Counted from the stretch's first letter, positions 46,377 to 55,731 are shown. The stretch: DNA of 64,000 nt from Candidatus Nealsonbacteria bacterium (GCA_011050465.1 DRFQ01000010.1:15514-79513), one strand, 5' to 3'. The notes: generated by a model not told the origin, from the letters alone. Numbers and translations: made by a program.

Positions 46377-46604
46377 CCCCGCACTAAATTTCGCAAACTG
46401 ATTTTGAAGGTAGCCCGCTTCCCCGAACTATTCCTCGCTTCGCTCGTAAAGTACGGGGCATAGCGTCCAAAAGAGAAGGATGAGGCTACCTGCCCCGTAT
46501 AATCCCGAAGGGATTTATATGGGGTTCGCCACACGCGGGCTACAGAATGTTAAAAATAAAATTCTATATTTAATTATTCATTCCGCGGCGAAATTAGTGC
46601 GGGG
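46377..46604. mobile_element. MITE-like 228-bp non-coding element with 17/18-nt terminal inverted repeats and nested hairpins
   Basis: Left end ccccgcactaaatttcgc (46377-46394), right end gcgaaattagtgcgggg (46588-46604). Inner pairs gtagcccgc/gcgggctac, tacggggca/tgccccgta, aatccc-gaa-gggatt. Confidence 0.55.
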
Positions 46605-47172
46605 CAAGGAAATCCAAATTTTTTGGCATTTTCTTTAAAGATTTTTTAAATCGTAACTTCGGCACTTTCTTGTAATTTTTATTTTTTATCCAACCAGACC
46701 TTGTATAGTAATAACAAGCTCCCTGCCTTTTTTCGAATAGATTATAAGAATTTTTACATTTTTTAGAAATCCAGTTAGCAATTTTTAATTCTTCTTTAGA
46801 AGCATTAATAGTTATATGGCCATAATAAGGAGGAACGATAACAATAGCACCGATTTTAGCTCTAACAGCGTAAACATCTTCAATTGTCTTATTTCTATAT
46901 TTCTGAAACAGAAAAATCGCTTTTCCTTTCAATACTTTGTAAACTTCCTGAAAGGTTTTAAGATGTTCGTGTCCTTTTGTTTTGGGGAATTCTTTTCCCA
47001 GCATTTTAGTTTTTATTTCTGTGATATCATACCTTAATTCACCTTTTGTTTTAATGCCCCGATACATATAATAAATCTCAAAATTGGCAGTTTTTTTTAG
47101 CCATTCTTGATCGTAGACCACTCTCTTCATGTCGTTTAAGAAACGGATTTCTGGTTTTTTTCTTATTTCCAT
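46594..47172 (-). CDS. pgiA: Cupin-type (archaeal-type) glucose-6-phosphate isomerase
   Basis: 192 aa. LGKEFPKTKGHEHLKTFQEVYKVLKGKA and IVIVPPYYGHITIN match the TKGHFH...EVY and VPPYWAHRTVN metal-binding motifs of Pyrococcus-type cupin PGI (recalled from memory). Confidence 0.8.
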   Translation of the reverse strand: MEIRKKPEIRFLNDMKRVVYDQEWLKKTANFEIYYMYRGIKTKGELRYDITEIKTKMLGKEFPKTKGHEHLKTFQEVYKVLKGKAIFLFQKYRNKTIEDVYAVRAKIGAIVIVPPYYGHITINASKEELKIANWISKKCKNSYNLFEKRQGACYYYTRSGWIKNKNYKKVPKLRFKKSLKKMPKNLDFLAPH

Positions 47173-49187
47173 GACCTTTTAGTTTTAATGTACCAATTTT
47201 CAATGTCGATAAATCTTTTCGAGGGATCAGCCACTATTTTTGTTTTTATTCCTTTAATCTCTTCAGAAACCAGATAGAGATAGTCCGGAGAATATAAAAA
47301 TACAGCCGGAGCATCTTTAATTATAATATCTTGGAAAATGCGATATTTTTCTAATCTTTCTTTTTCATCCAAAATTTGTCGAGCCTCTTCAAGAAGTTTA
47401 TCAGCCTCTTTGTTGCCATAAAGGGAAAGATTTAACCCTGGCTCTCTTTTTTGAGTAGAATGCCAGAAAGGGTAGGGATCTGGGATTAGACCCATTATTT
47501 TTCCAAAAAGAAGACTTTCGTAATCTCGAGGGTTCCAGAAATCTTGCTCCAGACTTAAGAGAGAAACTTTCTTAACCTCCAATTGTACCCCCAGAGCCTC
47601 CCATTGTTTTTTGATTAAATCAGCCGCTTGGCTGAGTTCTTCTTGGTCAATCGTTACTAAAGAGATTTTTAGTGGCAAAACTTTTTTGGGAGCATCGACA
47701 CAAACTTCATTTAATTTAGCTCGAGTTGTTTTACTGACAATTCCTGTTCCTTGTGCAAATCCCCAGGGTTCTAAAATATCTTCAGAATATTTCTCTTGAA
47801 ACCTAATGACCGCTTTTTGGGTTTTTTCGCCAAAGTAACCAGTTATTTCTCCTTCTGGATAAACTTGCGGATCTTTACTAAGACAACTTTGGAGATTTCT
47901 AACATCTTCGTCTTGGCTTCCTTTTTTAAGGTCTTTCTTAAATAAAATTTCCACTGCTTCTTGGATAATTTTCTCTCTTTTTCCGTCCCCATCTTCGTCC
48001 CGCCAGCCAGCTTGTTGTAAAATCTCTTTTCCTTTTTCTAAGTCAAACTGATAACCATCGGGAGCCGAGATGTTATAGATTCCCGGCACAAAAGGAGACT
48101 CTACTATTTTACCGTAACCCAAAAGAATTTCTTCCAGAAGAGCTTTTTTATTTATTCCATAGTTCAAAGCCTTCCTTACTGATTTTTCTGCCAAAATTTC
48201 AGACTTCTCTGGATTGAAAGAAATATCAAAATAGCGAGGGAAAGAAAAATTATAAACCTTAAAACCTTCACTTTTTATAGTTTTAAGATTTTTTGGAGAA
48301 ACGTAATCCAGGCCTTTAATTTCTCCTCTTTGAAGGGCTTTAATTGAGTCCTGCTTATTTTCAAAAAAATGAAACGAGATTTCTGTTAGGTAGGGTTTTT
48401 TCCCAAAATAATTAGAATTCTTAACAAGAGTTAGGGAAGTGATATAGCCCGTTCTGTCATTTTTTTTCAAGTCTTTAAGCCTGAAAGGGCCTGTTCCAAT
48501 TGGTTTAAAATTATAAATAGCCAAGGGGAAATTTTCAGAAGAGATATCTTGCCAGATGTGTTTTGGTAAAATTTTAAAGGTTAAGGTTTCTAAAAAAGGA
48601 GCATAGGGGTTCTTTAATTTAAATCTAACCTTGAAGTTATTTATTTTCTCTACTTCTACTCCGAATAAAGAAACCCTCAGTTGTTTGCTGTTATAATCTG
48701 GATCTTGGATTATTTTGACTGTAAAAACTACATCATCGGCTGAAAAGATCTCGCCATCATGCCAGTAAACATTTTCTAACAGATCAAATTCATATACTTT
48801 ACCGTTTTCTTTAATGTTAGGGTATTCTTTGGCCAAATCCGGTACGATATCTCCGTCAGAATTATATTTCATTAAACCCGAGAAGATGAGTTCAGTTAAA
48901 TCTCGATCAACATCATTGGCCGGGGCATAAATTGGATTAATGAATCTTGGTTGGCCAATTAATCCCTCACTATAGCTTCCTCCCGAAGTCGGCCGGAATT
49001 CAGTATTTTGAAAATAGAAGCTTAAGCCGAGAAAAATACCAGACCCTATAAACAAAAAACAAAAAAGAAAGAAAGCTATCTTTTCTCTCCTTTTTAGAAT
49101 TTTAAAAAATTGCTTTAATTGAAAAAAAGCTGGGAATTTTCGTCCTTTTGAAAATTTTAAAGTAGCTTTTAGATTTTTGAGATTCAA
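47163..49187 (-). CDS. Family-5 (peptide/nickel type) extracellular solute-binding protein with an inserted peptidoglycan-binding-like segment
   Basis: 674 aa. N-terminal TM anchor, SBP_bac_5-like core, inserted DVRNLQSCLSKDPQVYPEGEITGYFGEKTQKAVIRFQEKY. No ABC permease or ATPase gene is adjacent. Confidence 0.65.
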   Translation of the reverse strand: MNLKNLKATLKFSKGRKFPAFFQLKQFFKILKRREKIAFFLFCFLFIGSGIFLGLSFYFQNTEFRPTSGGSYSEGLIGQPRFINPIYAPANDVDRDLTELIFSGLMKYNSDGDIVPDLAKEYPNIKENGKVYEFDLLENVYWHDGEIFSADDVVFTVKIIQDPDYNSKQLRVSLFGVEVEKINNFKVRFKLKNPYAPFLETLTFKILPKHIWQDISSENFPLAIYNFKPIGTGPFRLKDLKKNDRTGYITSLTLVKNSNYFGKKPYLTEISFHFFENKQDSIKALQRGEIKGLDYVSPKNLKTIKSEGFKVYNFSFPRYFDISFNPEKSEILAEKSVRKALNYGINKKALLEEILLGYGKIVESPFVPGIYNISAPDGYQFDLEKGKEILQQAGWRDEDGDGKREKIIQEAVEILFKKDLKKGSQDEDVRNLQSCLSKDPQVYPEGEITGYFGEKTQKAVIRFQEKYSEDILEPWGFAQGTGIVSKTTRAKLNEVCVDAPKKVLPLKISLVTIDQEELSQAADLIKKQWEALGVQLEVKKVSLLSLEQDFWNPRDYESLLFGKIMGLIPDPYPFWHSTQKREPGLNLSLYGNKEADKLLEEARQILDEKERLEKYRIFQDIIIKDAPAVFLYSPDYLYLVSEEIKGIKTKIVADPSKRFIDIENWYIKTKRSWK

Positions 49188-49235
49188 ATTAAAAAAAAGA
49201 GAAAATTTTCTTTGACAAACTGATATTATTAAACT

Positions 49236-49472
49236 TTAAGCAAGGATCAACCTCGAAAGGGCCAGAATGATAAAGAGGGCTCCAGTGATTATTGTTACCC
49301 AAAGAAGTTTTTTCTGAATACCTCTCCTGGTGCCATAAAATGCTCCTTCTCCCCCTCCCCCTCCGCCGCTACCGAAAATTGAACCCAAAGCCGTTCCTCT
49401 TTGTTGGAGTAAAATAAAAATAACCAAACAAATACTAACTATAATTTGTAATAAGAGTAGAATTTCTTTCAT
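49236..49472 (-). CDS. secG: Preprotein translocase subunit SecG
   Basis: 78 aa. Two TM helices, LLQQRG...GSIFG motif, Gly-rich loop. Confidence 0.75.
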   Translation of the reverse strand: MKEILLLLQIIVSICLVIFILLQQRGTALGSIFGSGGGGGGEGAFYGTRRGIQKKLLWVTIITGALFIILALSRLILA

Positions 49473-49495
49473 TTAAGATAATGTTGAGTTTAAGA

Positions 49496-49861
49496 TTATT
49501 TTAAGAAAGATTTTTTAGGCTTAGGAAATAAAATTGAAACAACAAACCCAAGCCCCCAAATAACAAGGGTTGTCCAGAGAAGAGGTATAATTAACGGAAT
49601 GGTCAGTTCAAAAAAAATAAGATCCACTGTCCAGATAATCAGCATATTAATAATTAAACTAAAAAGCCCGAAAGTCAACAGCCTTAGCGGAAGAGTTATA
49701 AAATTCAGAATCGGTTTTAAAAAGAAATTTAAGAGCCCAAGAATTAGTCCGGCTAAAAGGAGGTATTTATTCTCTCCGACAAATTCCACCCTTGGAATAA
49801 ACTGAATGACCAGCCAAAGTCCTAAAATTCCGGAAACAATCTGTAAAATTAACTCTCTCAT
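49496..49861 (-). CDS. Small four-TM membrane protein (phage-holin-4_2 / DUF360-like)
   Basis: 121 aa. GLLNFFLKPILNFITLPLRLLTFGLFSLIIN resembles the family signature (recalled, not searched). Confidence 0.5.
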   Translation of the reverse strand: MRELILQIVSGILGLWLVIQFIPRVEFVGENKYLLLAGLILGLLNFFLKPILNFITLPLRLLTFGLFSLIINMLIIWTVDLIFFELTIPLIIPLLWTTLVIWGLGFVVSILFPKPKKSFLK

Positions 49862-49943
49862 TATTTAAATATATCAAAATTTAGGTTTAAAGTCAATTTC
49901 GTCGCTCCGATCCTTAGACACCTTCGGTTTCTAACGGTCGCCT

Positions 49944-51704
49944 TTAGCGACCTGTTTTTCCACCACGAGAGGAAACACCAATGCGTTTCCCCCGATCCCT
50001 CCTCTGGGAATTGCCAAACGCAATTTCTCTTAATTTTCTATGATAAGCAAGAGCAAAACGGTGGGCTTCGTCGCGGAGTTGCAAAATTAAATTAAAGATT
50101 TCTCGAGGAAGACTTTTTAATAAAATCGGCTTCCCCACACCAGCCTTCGTCCCGAGGTCCTCGGCTGAGCTCGGTCGAATGCCCTCAGGCCGAGGGGAAA
50201 TTTTGTTCAGGTCTCGGACTGGTCCGGCCCCGTGCCCCGAACCAGAAACTTTGTTTCGGTTCAGGACTGGTCCAGCACCGAGCTTCGCTCTGGTGCTGGG
50301 CTCGGCTCTGGTGCTGGGTTTCCGATTTTCTACAAATAGCTCGTTTTTTTTCTTCGCAAGAGCAATAACAGGAATTGCTAATTGTTGATTGCTAATCGTT
50401 GATTGAACAGCATTTAATTGGGCCTTGCCACCGTCAATTAGAATTAAATCTGGAAAGCCCCACTCAGAGTGTTTTAATCTTCGTTTAATGATTTCTTTTA
50501 TCATCGCAATATCATTTGGTTTGTCTGTAATTCTAATCTTAAATTTTCGATAACAATTTTTATCGGGTTGACCATTAATAAAAGTTACCATTGAACCGGT
50601 GGCTAGTTTACCCTGAATATTAGAAATATCGTAAGCTTCGATCCGAGATATTTTTTTCTTTATTTTAAGGAGATTTTGAAGAACTTCTTGAATTTTTAGC
50701 CAGTTTTTCTCTAAACTTATCGAGATTAATTTCTTTTCCCTAAAGATTTTAGCGCGTCCTCCCAAATCCCGCCCTCTCTGGAGAGAGAGCGGGACTAGGT
50801 GGGTATGAGCAAAAACTCTTTCTATGGCGTTAATTTGGTCTCTAATTCTGGCTGCTATTTCAAAGTTTTTTAAGGCAGAAGCATTTTTCATTTCTTTTTG
50901 CAATTTTTTTAAAACCAACTGTTTTCCTCCTTTCAAAACAGTGATTAGATTTTTAATATTTTTTTTATACTTTTTTAAATCAGGGTTGGGGCCGGGGCAG
51001 AGATTTAATTGACACCAAAGACATAAAGTTTCGGGGTGCCGTTTTACGGTGTAATAGGGGAAAATTTTTCTGAGGATTCTTAAAGTTATTTTAAGGGCAG
51101 AGCCCTCTACAAAAGGCCCGATGTAAATAGATTTTGGGCTTGTCCGCCCAGTCCCGCCTCTTTTGGAAAGGGGCGGGATTTTGGCGGGTTGGTGGGTTAA
51201 GAAAACTTGGGGGAAATATTCCCCAGTTATTCCCACAAAAAAATAGTTTTTGTCGTCCCGCCACAGAATATTATATTTTGGCTGATATTTTTTGATTAGT
51301 TTGGCTTCTAAAATCAAAGCCTCAATTTCTGAGCCTGTTTTCAAGTAACCAATCTTTCGGATTTTATTTATAAAAAGAGGACTCTTGAATCCTGGCCTAG
51401 AAAAATGATTTTTTACCCTTTTTCTGATATTTGAAGCCTTGCCAATGTATAAGAATCTGTCTTTAGTAGAACCTTGATTCTTTGCTTCGTTCGGAAATAA
51501 GAACCTTGACTTCGTCAAGGACCTTGAATACTTCATATTTAAAAATTCCCTATCTTTTTTTTCGCCTACGCTTGTTGCAAGCGAGCTTCGGCGGATCCGC
51601 CGTAGCTCCGACTTTGTCGGAGCAGAGGCGGAAAAAGCATAAACTCCGGGGCCTTTTGGCAGTTCCGAGATTTTATTTTTATCTAAAAATCTAAATTTTT
51701 TCAT
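49944..51704 (-). CDS. uvrC: Excinuclease ABC subunit C, carrying several GC-rich in-frame insertions and no recognisable C-terminal (HhH)2 domain
   Basis: 586 aa. GPGVYAF...LYIGKASNIRKRVKNHF (GIY-YIG), UVR-like helix, IEAYDISNIQG, LILIDGGKAQL, RDEAHRFALAYHRKLR. Confidence 0.85.
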   Translation of the reverse strand: MKKFRFLDKNKISELPKGPGVYAFSASAPTKSELRRIRRSSLATSVGEKKDREFLNMKYSRSLTKSRFLFPNEAKNQGSTKDRFLYIGKASNIRKRVKNHFSRPGFKSPLFINKIRKIGYLKTGSEIEALILEAKLIKKYQPKYNILWRDDKNYFFVGITGEYFPQVFLTHQPAKIPPLSKRGGTGRTSPKSIYIGPFVEGSALKITLRILRKIFPYYTVKRHPETLCLWCQLNLCPGPNPDLKKYKKNIKNLITVLKGGKQLVLKKLQKEMKNASALKNFEIAARIRDQINAIERVFAHTHLVPLSLQRGRDLGGRAKIFREKKLISISLEKNWLKIQEVLQNLLKIKKKISRIEAYDISNIQGKLATGSMVTFINGQPDKNCYRKFKIRITDKPNDIAMIKEIIKRRLKHSEWGFPDLILIDGGKAQLNAVQSTISNQQLAIPVIALAKKKNELFVENRKPSTRAEPSTRAKLGAGPVLNRNKVSGSGHGAGPVRDLNKISPRPEGIRPSSAEDLGTKAGVGKPILLKSLPREIFNLILQLRDEAHRFALAYHRKLREIAFGNSQRRDRGKRIGVSSRGGKTGR

Positions 51705-51818
51705 AATCTATTTATTGTAAAATATAACTTTTGATTTTTCAATTTAAATCAAAAAAGCCATCCAATATGAAAGTTTATATCCAGACGCTAAAGAATAAAT
51801 TTTAAGGAGATCGATTTA

Positions 51819-54800
51819 TTATGGAGGTGATATTGGGAACCCCCAACTTACAAACTGGGGTGTTAAATCCACCCCCGCGTTTCCGCTTAATAAATGAGCA
51901 AAAAGCTCTACTTTTTCAAGATCGGTTGCTGGTGGAGATTCAGTTAAAGTCGCAAAATCCCGAAAAGTTTGCCGAAAAGGTTCCCAACCAATGTCTTCCT
52001 TTAATAAATAGAGAAGCCCCGTATAAGCGTCGCCCGACATATTCTGCCAGTCAGTACGGCTAGAATCTATCCAAGGGAGTGCATAACCTTCTACAAAATA
52101 TTGATACGAAAATTCTCCGATAGGGACATAGCCTACAGGGCCTTGATAAAATGTTGCGGTAGGGTAGGTATTAGAAAGCACATCAGCCACATAAGTTAAC
52201 TTAAAATTTGCCCAGTGTTCAGAGTTTATGGGGCTACCTCCCGCGTAGTGTTGAGATAATGCGTCAAGATCGAAATCATGGCTTAATTCATGAATCGGAC
52301 CGAAGCTTAAATCGTTTTGAGTATTGATTGCTTCAAGGGCATCAGGAACATAATCTCCAAGCCAGAGAATTGGATTTCCTGCGATCATGAGACCTCCGGC
52401 ATAATTAACAATTTCCTGTATTAATATTTTGTCACCATTATAAGGAGTCTGTCCAGTAAGATTATGAAGAGCAAGGTAGGCGTCGTCAAGTTTCTGAAGC
52501 CAACTGTTTGGGTCTGTTAGTAATGAACGGTGCTCAGGCAAGAAGCATATAACCACATGTTGTCCCCCAAAAGGAGGGTCAAGCTTTTCAAATGACATAT
52601 CATCAAAAAAGACAGTTCCCGTGACAAGCGACCAACTATATCCGATCCGAGCAGCAACAGTTACAGTGTCTGATGCTATAGAACAGAAAAACAAGCTTTC
52701 TTCTATCCAGTCTTGAGTCCCCCAGATTCCTGGCGAACGATTAAATGATAAATAAACGGAAAGGTTAGCTCCCGTGCTCCAGCCGCCGGGTGTATCAGAT
52801 AAAACAACATTTTCAGTTTTTATCCACCCCTTAAATAGATAAGAGTTATAAGGCTCTACTGAAACATTCTGTATCCACATGGCATCGTTGGGGACTGATG
52901 AAGTAATTTTAGCCGAACCCACCCCACTTCTTACAGTAGATCCGTCTGAAATCCACTCAAAAGAAGAAGGTCCGTTTCCGCCCCACTGGTTTATTGTCCA
53001 ACCAGTAGGCATGCCTCCTGAGCCACTTTCAAAACCAGGATTTGCTACAAGTGAAAGGGTCGCCTCTGTTACCGTTAAATTATAAGTTACTGTTCTGGTC
53101 AGGGCAGTAACAGTAATTGGAAAGGTGCCAGCAGGAGTGTCAGGAGAGGTCATAATGGTCATTGTTGAAGAACAGGTAGGATTGCAAGAGGTTGGAGAAA
53201 AGGAGATATCCACTGTTAGGTCAACCATTATTGGCTCAGCCGAGGCAGAAAAGCCAACAGATTCAGAAGTGCCCGAAATTAAGGTGATATCAATAGGGAC
53301 GGAAACTGAGTTACCTTGAATTACTGAGGTAGGGGCAACGGAACTGACCGAAAGGTCAAAAAAGAAAGGGTGAATAATGGCCAAAGTGTAAATAGCAGTT
53401 TTAGTTAATGTTCCGCTAGCACCAGTGACGGTGATATCATAAGTTCCCTCAAGAGGGATACCATCAGCAAAGGCGTTAATAGTCATGGTCGAGGAACAGG
53501 GAGATTCACAACTAGTTGGGCTTAAAGAACCCGTAGTTCCTGGAGGAAGGTCGAAAGAGAAATCAACGGTTTGAGCAAAACCACCCATAGAATCAACAGT
53601 GACCGTAGTTGAGATTGAATCACCTTCAGTCACTGTGCCAGAATTTGGACCGACCGAGAGACTAAAGGCAGGAGTAATACAGCTTTCATCTGCTTGGCAT
53701 TGCTGGCCAGAGGAACAGCCACAAGTACTACAATTATTTATTAAGATTCCATTTTGGCAATATAATGGTTGATTAGTTGAACATTGGTTGTAGGAAGTAC
53801 CGTCTGCACATATTAGGGCAGTGCAGACACCTTCACTGCAAGCCTCATTTGATGTGCAATCATCATAAACACTCCAATCGTCCCATTGTAAGGAACCGTC
53901 GCAGTTCGCTGAAATTCCAGAACAGTATCTATCTTGATATTTTATTCCAACATCATCTCCAAGATCGCTTCCCCAAGGACAACCGTATTCTACATTAACA
54001 TTATTTTGACATTGGTAAGTGGAAGGCCTAAAGGTATTTGTCGAAGTATCGCAACAAGACCCAGAAGTACATTGAAGAGTAGCAACGTTTATGGTTACCC
54101 TGTCCTCGGTGGTCAATCCGCCTCTTTCCACAATAACCTTAGCAGTGTAGGTTCCTTCTGATGGGTAATTGCAGACATCCGTATAAGAGCTAGTGAAAAC
54201 ATAATCTATTCTATTATTATAACCAGGCATAACATCTGTTCCCGCATCAGAACGGTCACAATAAAAAATATAATTAGCTGGCCCAGTATCTATTCCGGAA
54301 ACTTGGGCAGTAAGCTCAATATCTAAAGGGGCATTGCCGGACGAAGGATCGACAGATAAAGAAACTGAGAAGGTAGGAGTAACACAGCTTTCATCTGCTT
54401 GGCATTGCTGACCAGCGGGACAGCCGCAAGAGCTACATTTGTCAATTAGGTTACCATTCTCGCAATATATTGGTTTTATTGAGGAGCATTCGCTATAAAT
54501 TGTATTATCATCACATCTTTGTATGACCTCATATTCACACTTTGAATCTTTTGTTAAAGGATTAAGACACTTATCAATGGTTTCAGAGTTCTTATCATCA
54601 CAATCTACGTCTGAACAACATTCATAATTTTTACATTGGCGATTTTCGACATATTTACAATAATCACATATTATTATTTGACAAGTATTACTATCACAGA
54701 CTTCATTTTCTTTGCAATCATTGTGATCTAAGCATTTTATCGGCTCAGGTGGTTCTATCGGTTCTGACATTTGTTTTGCAAGGTAAAAATATAACCCTCC

Positions 54801-54881
54801 GGTTATTAAGCCAGCAACAACTATAACAAAAATTATACCGATTAAAAGTTGTCCTTGATTATGAAATCTAGATTTTTCCAT
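51819..54881 (-). CDS. Large membrane-anchored, Cys-rich multidomain surface protein with Ig/PKD-like repeats, a CBM-like jelly-roll segment and a C-terminal HExxH (zincin-like) domain
   Basis: 1020 aa. N-terminal TM helix (LLIGIIFVIVVAGLITGGLYFYL), two copies of a Cys module (C..C...YC.NG.LI..CS.CGC..GQQCQADESC.TP.F), PKD-like SVSLSVDPSSGNAPLDIELTAQ, GFESGSGGMPTGW segment, HELSH at 52278-52292. Confidence 0.7.
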   Translation of the reverse strand: MEKSRFHNQGQLLIGIIFVIVVAGLITGGLYFYLAKQMSEPIEPPEPIKCLDHNDCKENEVCDSNTCQIIICDYCKYVENRQCKNYECCSDVDCDDKNSETIDKCLNPLTKDSKCEYEVIQRCDDNTIYSECSSIKPIYCENGNLIDKCSSCGCPAGQQCQADESCVTPTFSVSLSVDPSSGNAPLDIELTAQVSGIDTGPANYIFYCDRSDAGTDVMPGYNNRIDYVFTSSYTDVCNYPSEGTYTAKVIVERGGLTTEDRVTINVATLQCTSGSCCDTSTNTFRPSTYQCQNNVNVEYGCPWGSDLGDDVGIKYQDRYCSGISANCDGSLQWDDWSVYDDCTSNEACSEGVCTALICADGTSYNQCSTNQPLYCQNGILINNCSTCGCSSGQQCQADESCITPAFSLSVGPNSGTVTEGDSISTTVTVDSMGGFAQTVDFSFDLPPGTTGSLSPTSCESPCSSTMTINAFADGIPLEGTYDITVTGASGTLTKTAIYTLAIIHPFFFDLSVSSVAPTSVIQGNSVSVPIDITLISGTSESVGFSASAEPIMVDLTVDISFSPTSCNPTCSSTMTIMTSPDTPAGTFPITVTALTRTVTYNLTVTEATLSLVANPGFESGSGGMPTGWTINQWGGNGPSSFEWISDGSTVRSGVGSAKITSSVPNDAMWIQNVSVEPYNSYLFKGWIKTENVVLSDTPGGWSTGANLSVYLSFNRSPGIWGTQDWIEESLFFCSIASDTVTVAARIGYSWSLVTGTVFFDDMSFEKLDPPFGGQHVVICFLPEHRSLLTDPNSWLQKLDDAYLALHNLTGQTPYNGDKILIQEIVNYAGGLMIAGNPILWLGDYVPDALEAINTQNDLSFGPIHELSHDFDLDALSQHYAGGSPINSEHWANFKLTYVADVLSNTYPTATFYQGPVGYVPIGEFSYQYFVEGYALPWIDSSRTDWQNMSGDAYTGLLYLLKEDIGWEPFRQTFRDFATLTESPPATDLEKVELFAHLLSGNAGVDLTPQFVSWGFPISPP

Positions 54882-54954
54882 TTCGGACTTTTTATATAAA
54901 TTTCAATATAGATTCTGTGTCTTTTCATTGTTATGATATAATAAAATTGACTTA

Positions 54955-55731
54955 ATGAAAAATAAGAGTATAGAAAATCAACAATTTTCTTCATTACCCC
55001 CTCAGCCTGAAATTTCTTCATTGCCGGGAATTGGTGATTTGTTCAGTAGAACCTGGCAGATTTATAAGGAAAGAATTTGGGTTTTTCTCGGGATAATGAT
55101 TTTACCCGTTTTTATCAATCTCGGGATTGCTTTATTCTCGGGTGGCTTATTTATATCTGTATCAGAACCAGAGCGATTATCTCCATTATTGACAATCTGG
55201 CTACCAGTCATGCCCATTTTTGTTTTAACGGCTATTATTATTAACCTTTGGGCGCCTGTAGCCTTACTTTATGCCACCAAAGAAAGAGAAGAAAAAATCA
55301 GAATTAAAGAATCTTTTGTCAGGGGTTGGCATAAAATAATTTCTTATTCTTGGATTTCTTTTTTAATGGGAATAATTATTTTTTTTGGTTTTTTGCTTTT
55401 TATTATCCCTGGTATTATTTTTATTATTTGGTTTAGTTTGGCGACTTATGTTTTGGTTGCCGAAGATTTAACCGGAACAAAAGCTTTATCGAGAAGCAAA
55501 CAATTGGTTAGCGGAAATTGGTGGAAGGTTTTCTGGCGATTTTCGGTAATTACCATAATTGCTATTGTTATTTCCCTCATTATTAATTTTATTAGCAGAT
55601 TAGCGGGAATTCCTCGAGAGATTGATATTTTTTCCGTAATTATTTTACTGTTCTTTGTTCCTTTTGCTGTAACCTATACCTTTCTTATCTATGAAGACTT
55701 AAGAAAACTTAAAGAAAGCGTTCCTATTTAG
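54955..55731 (+). CDS. Multi-pass membrane protein, function unknown
   Basis: 258 aa. About 5-6 TM helices. No motif recognised. Confidence 0.5.
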   Translation: MKNKSIENQQFSSLPPQPEISSLPGIGDLFSRTWQIYKERIWVFLGIMILPVFINLGIALFSGGLFISVSEPERLSPLLTIWLPVMPIFVLTAIIINLWAPVALLYATKEREEKIRIKESFVRGWHKIISYSWISFLMGIIIFFGFLLFIIPGIIFIIWFSLATYVLVAEDLTGTKALSRSKQLVSGNWWKVFWRFSVITIIAIVISLIINFISRLAGIPREIDIFSVIILLFFVPFAVTYTFLIYEDLRKLKESVPI

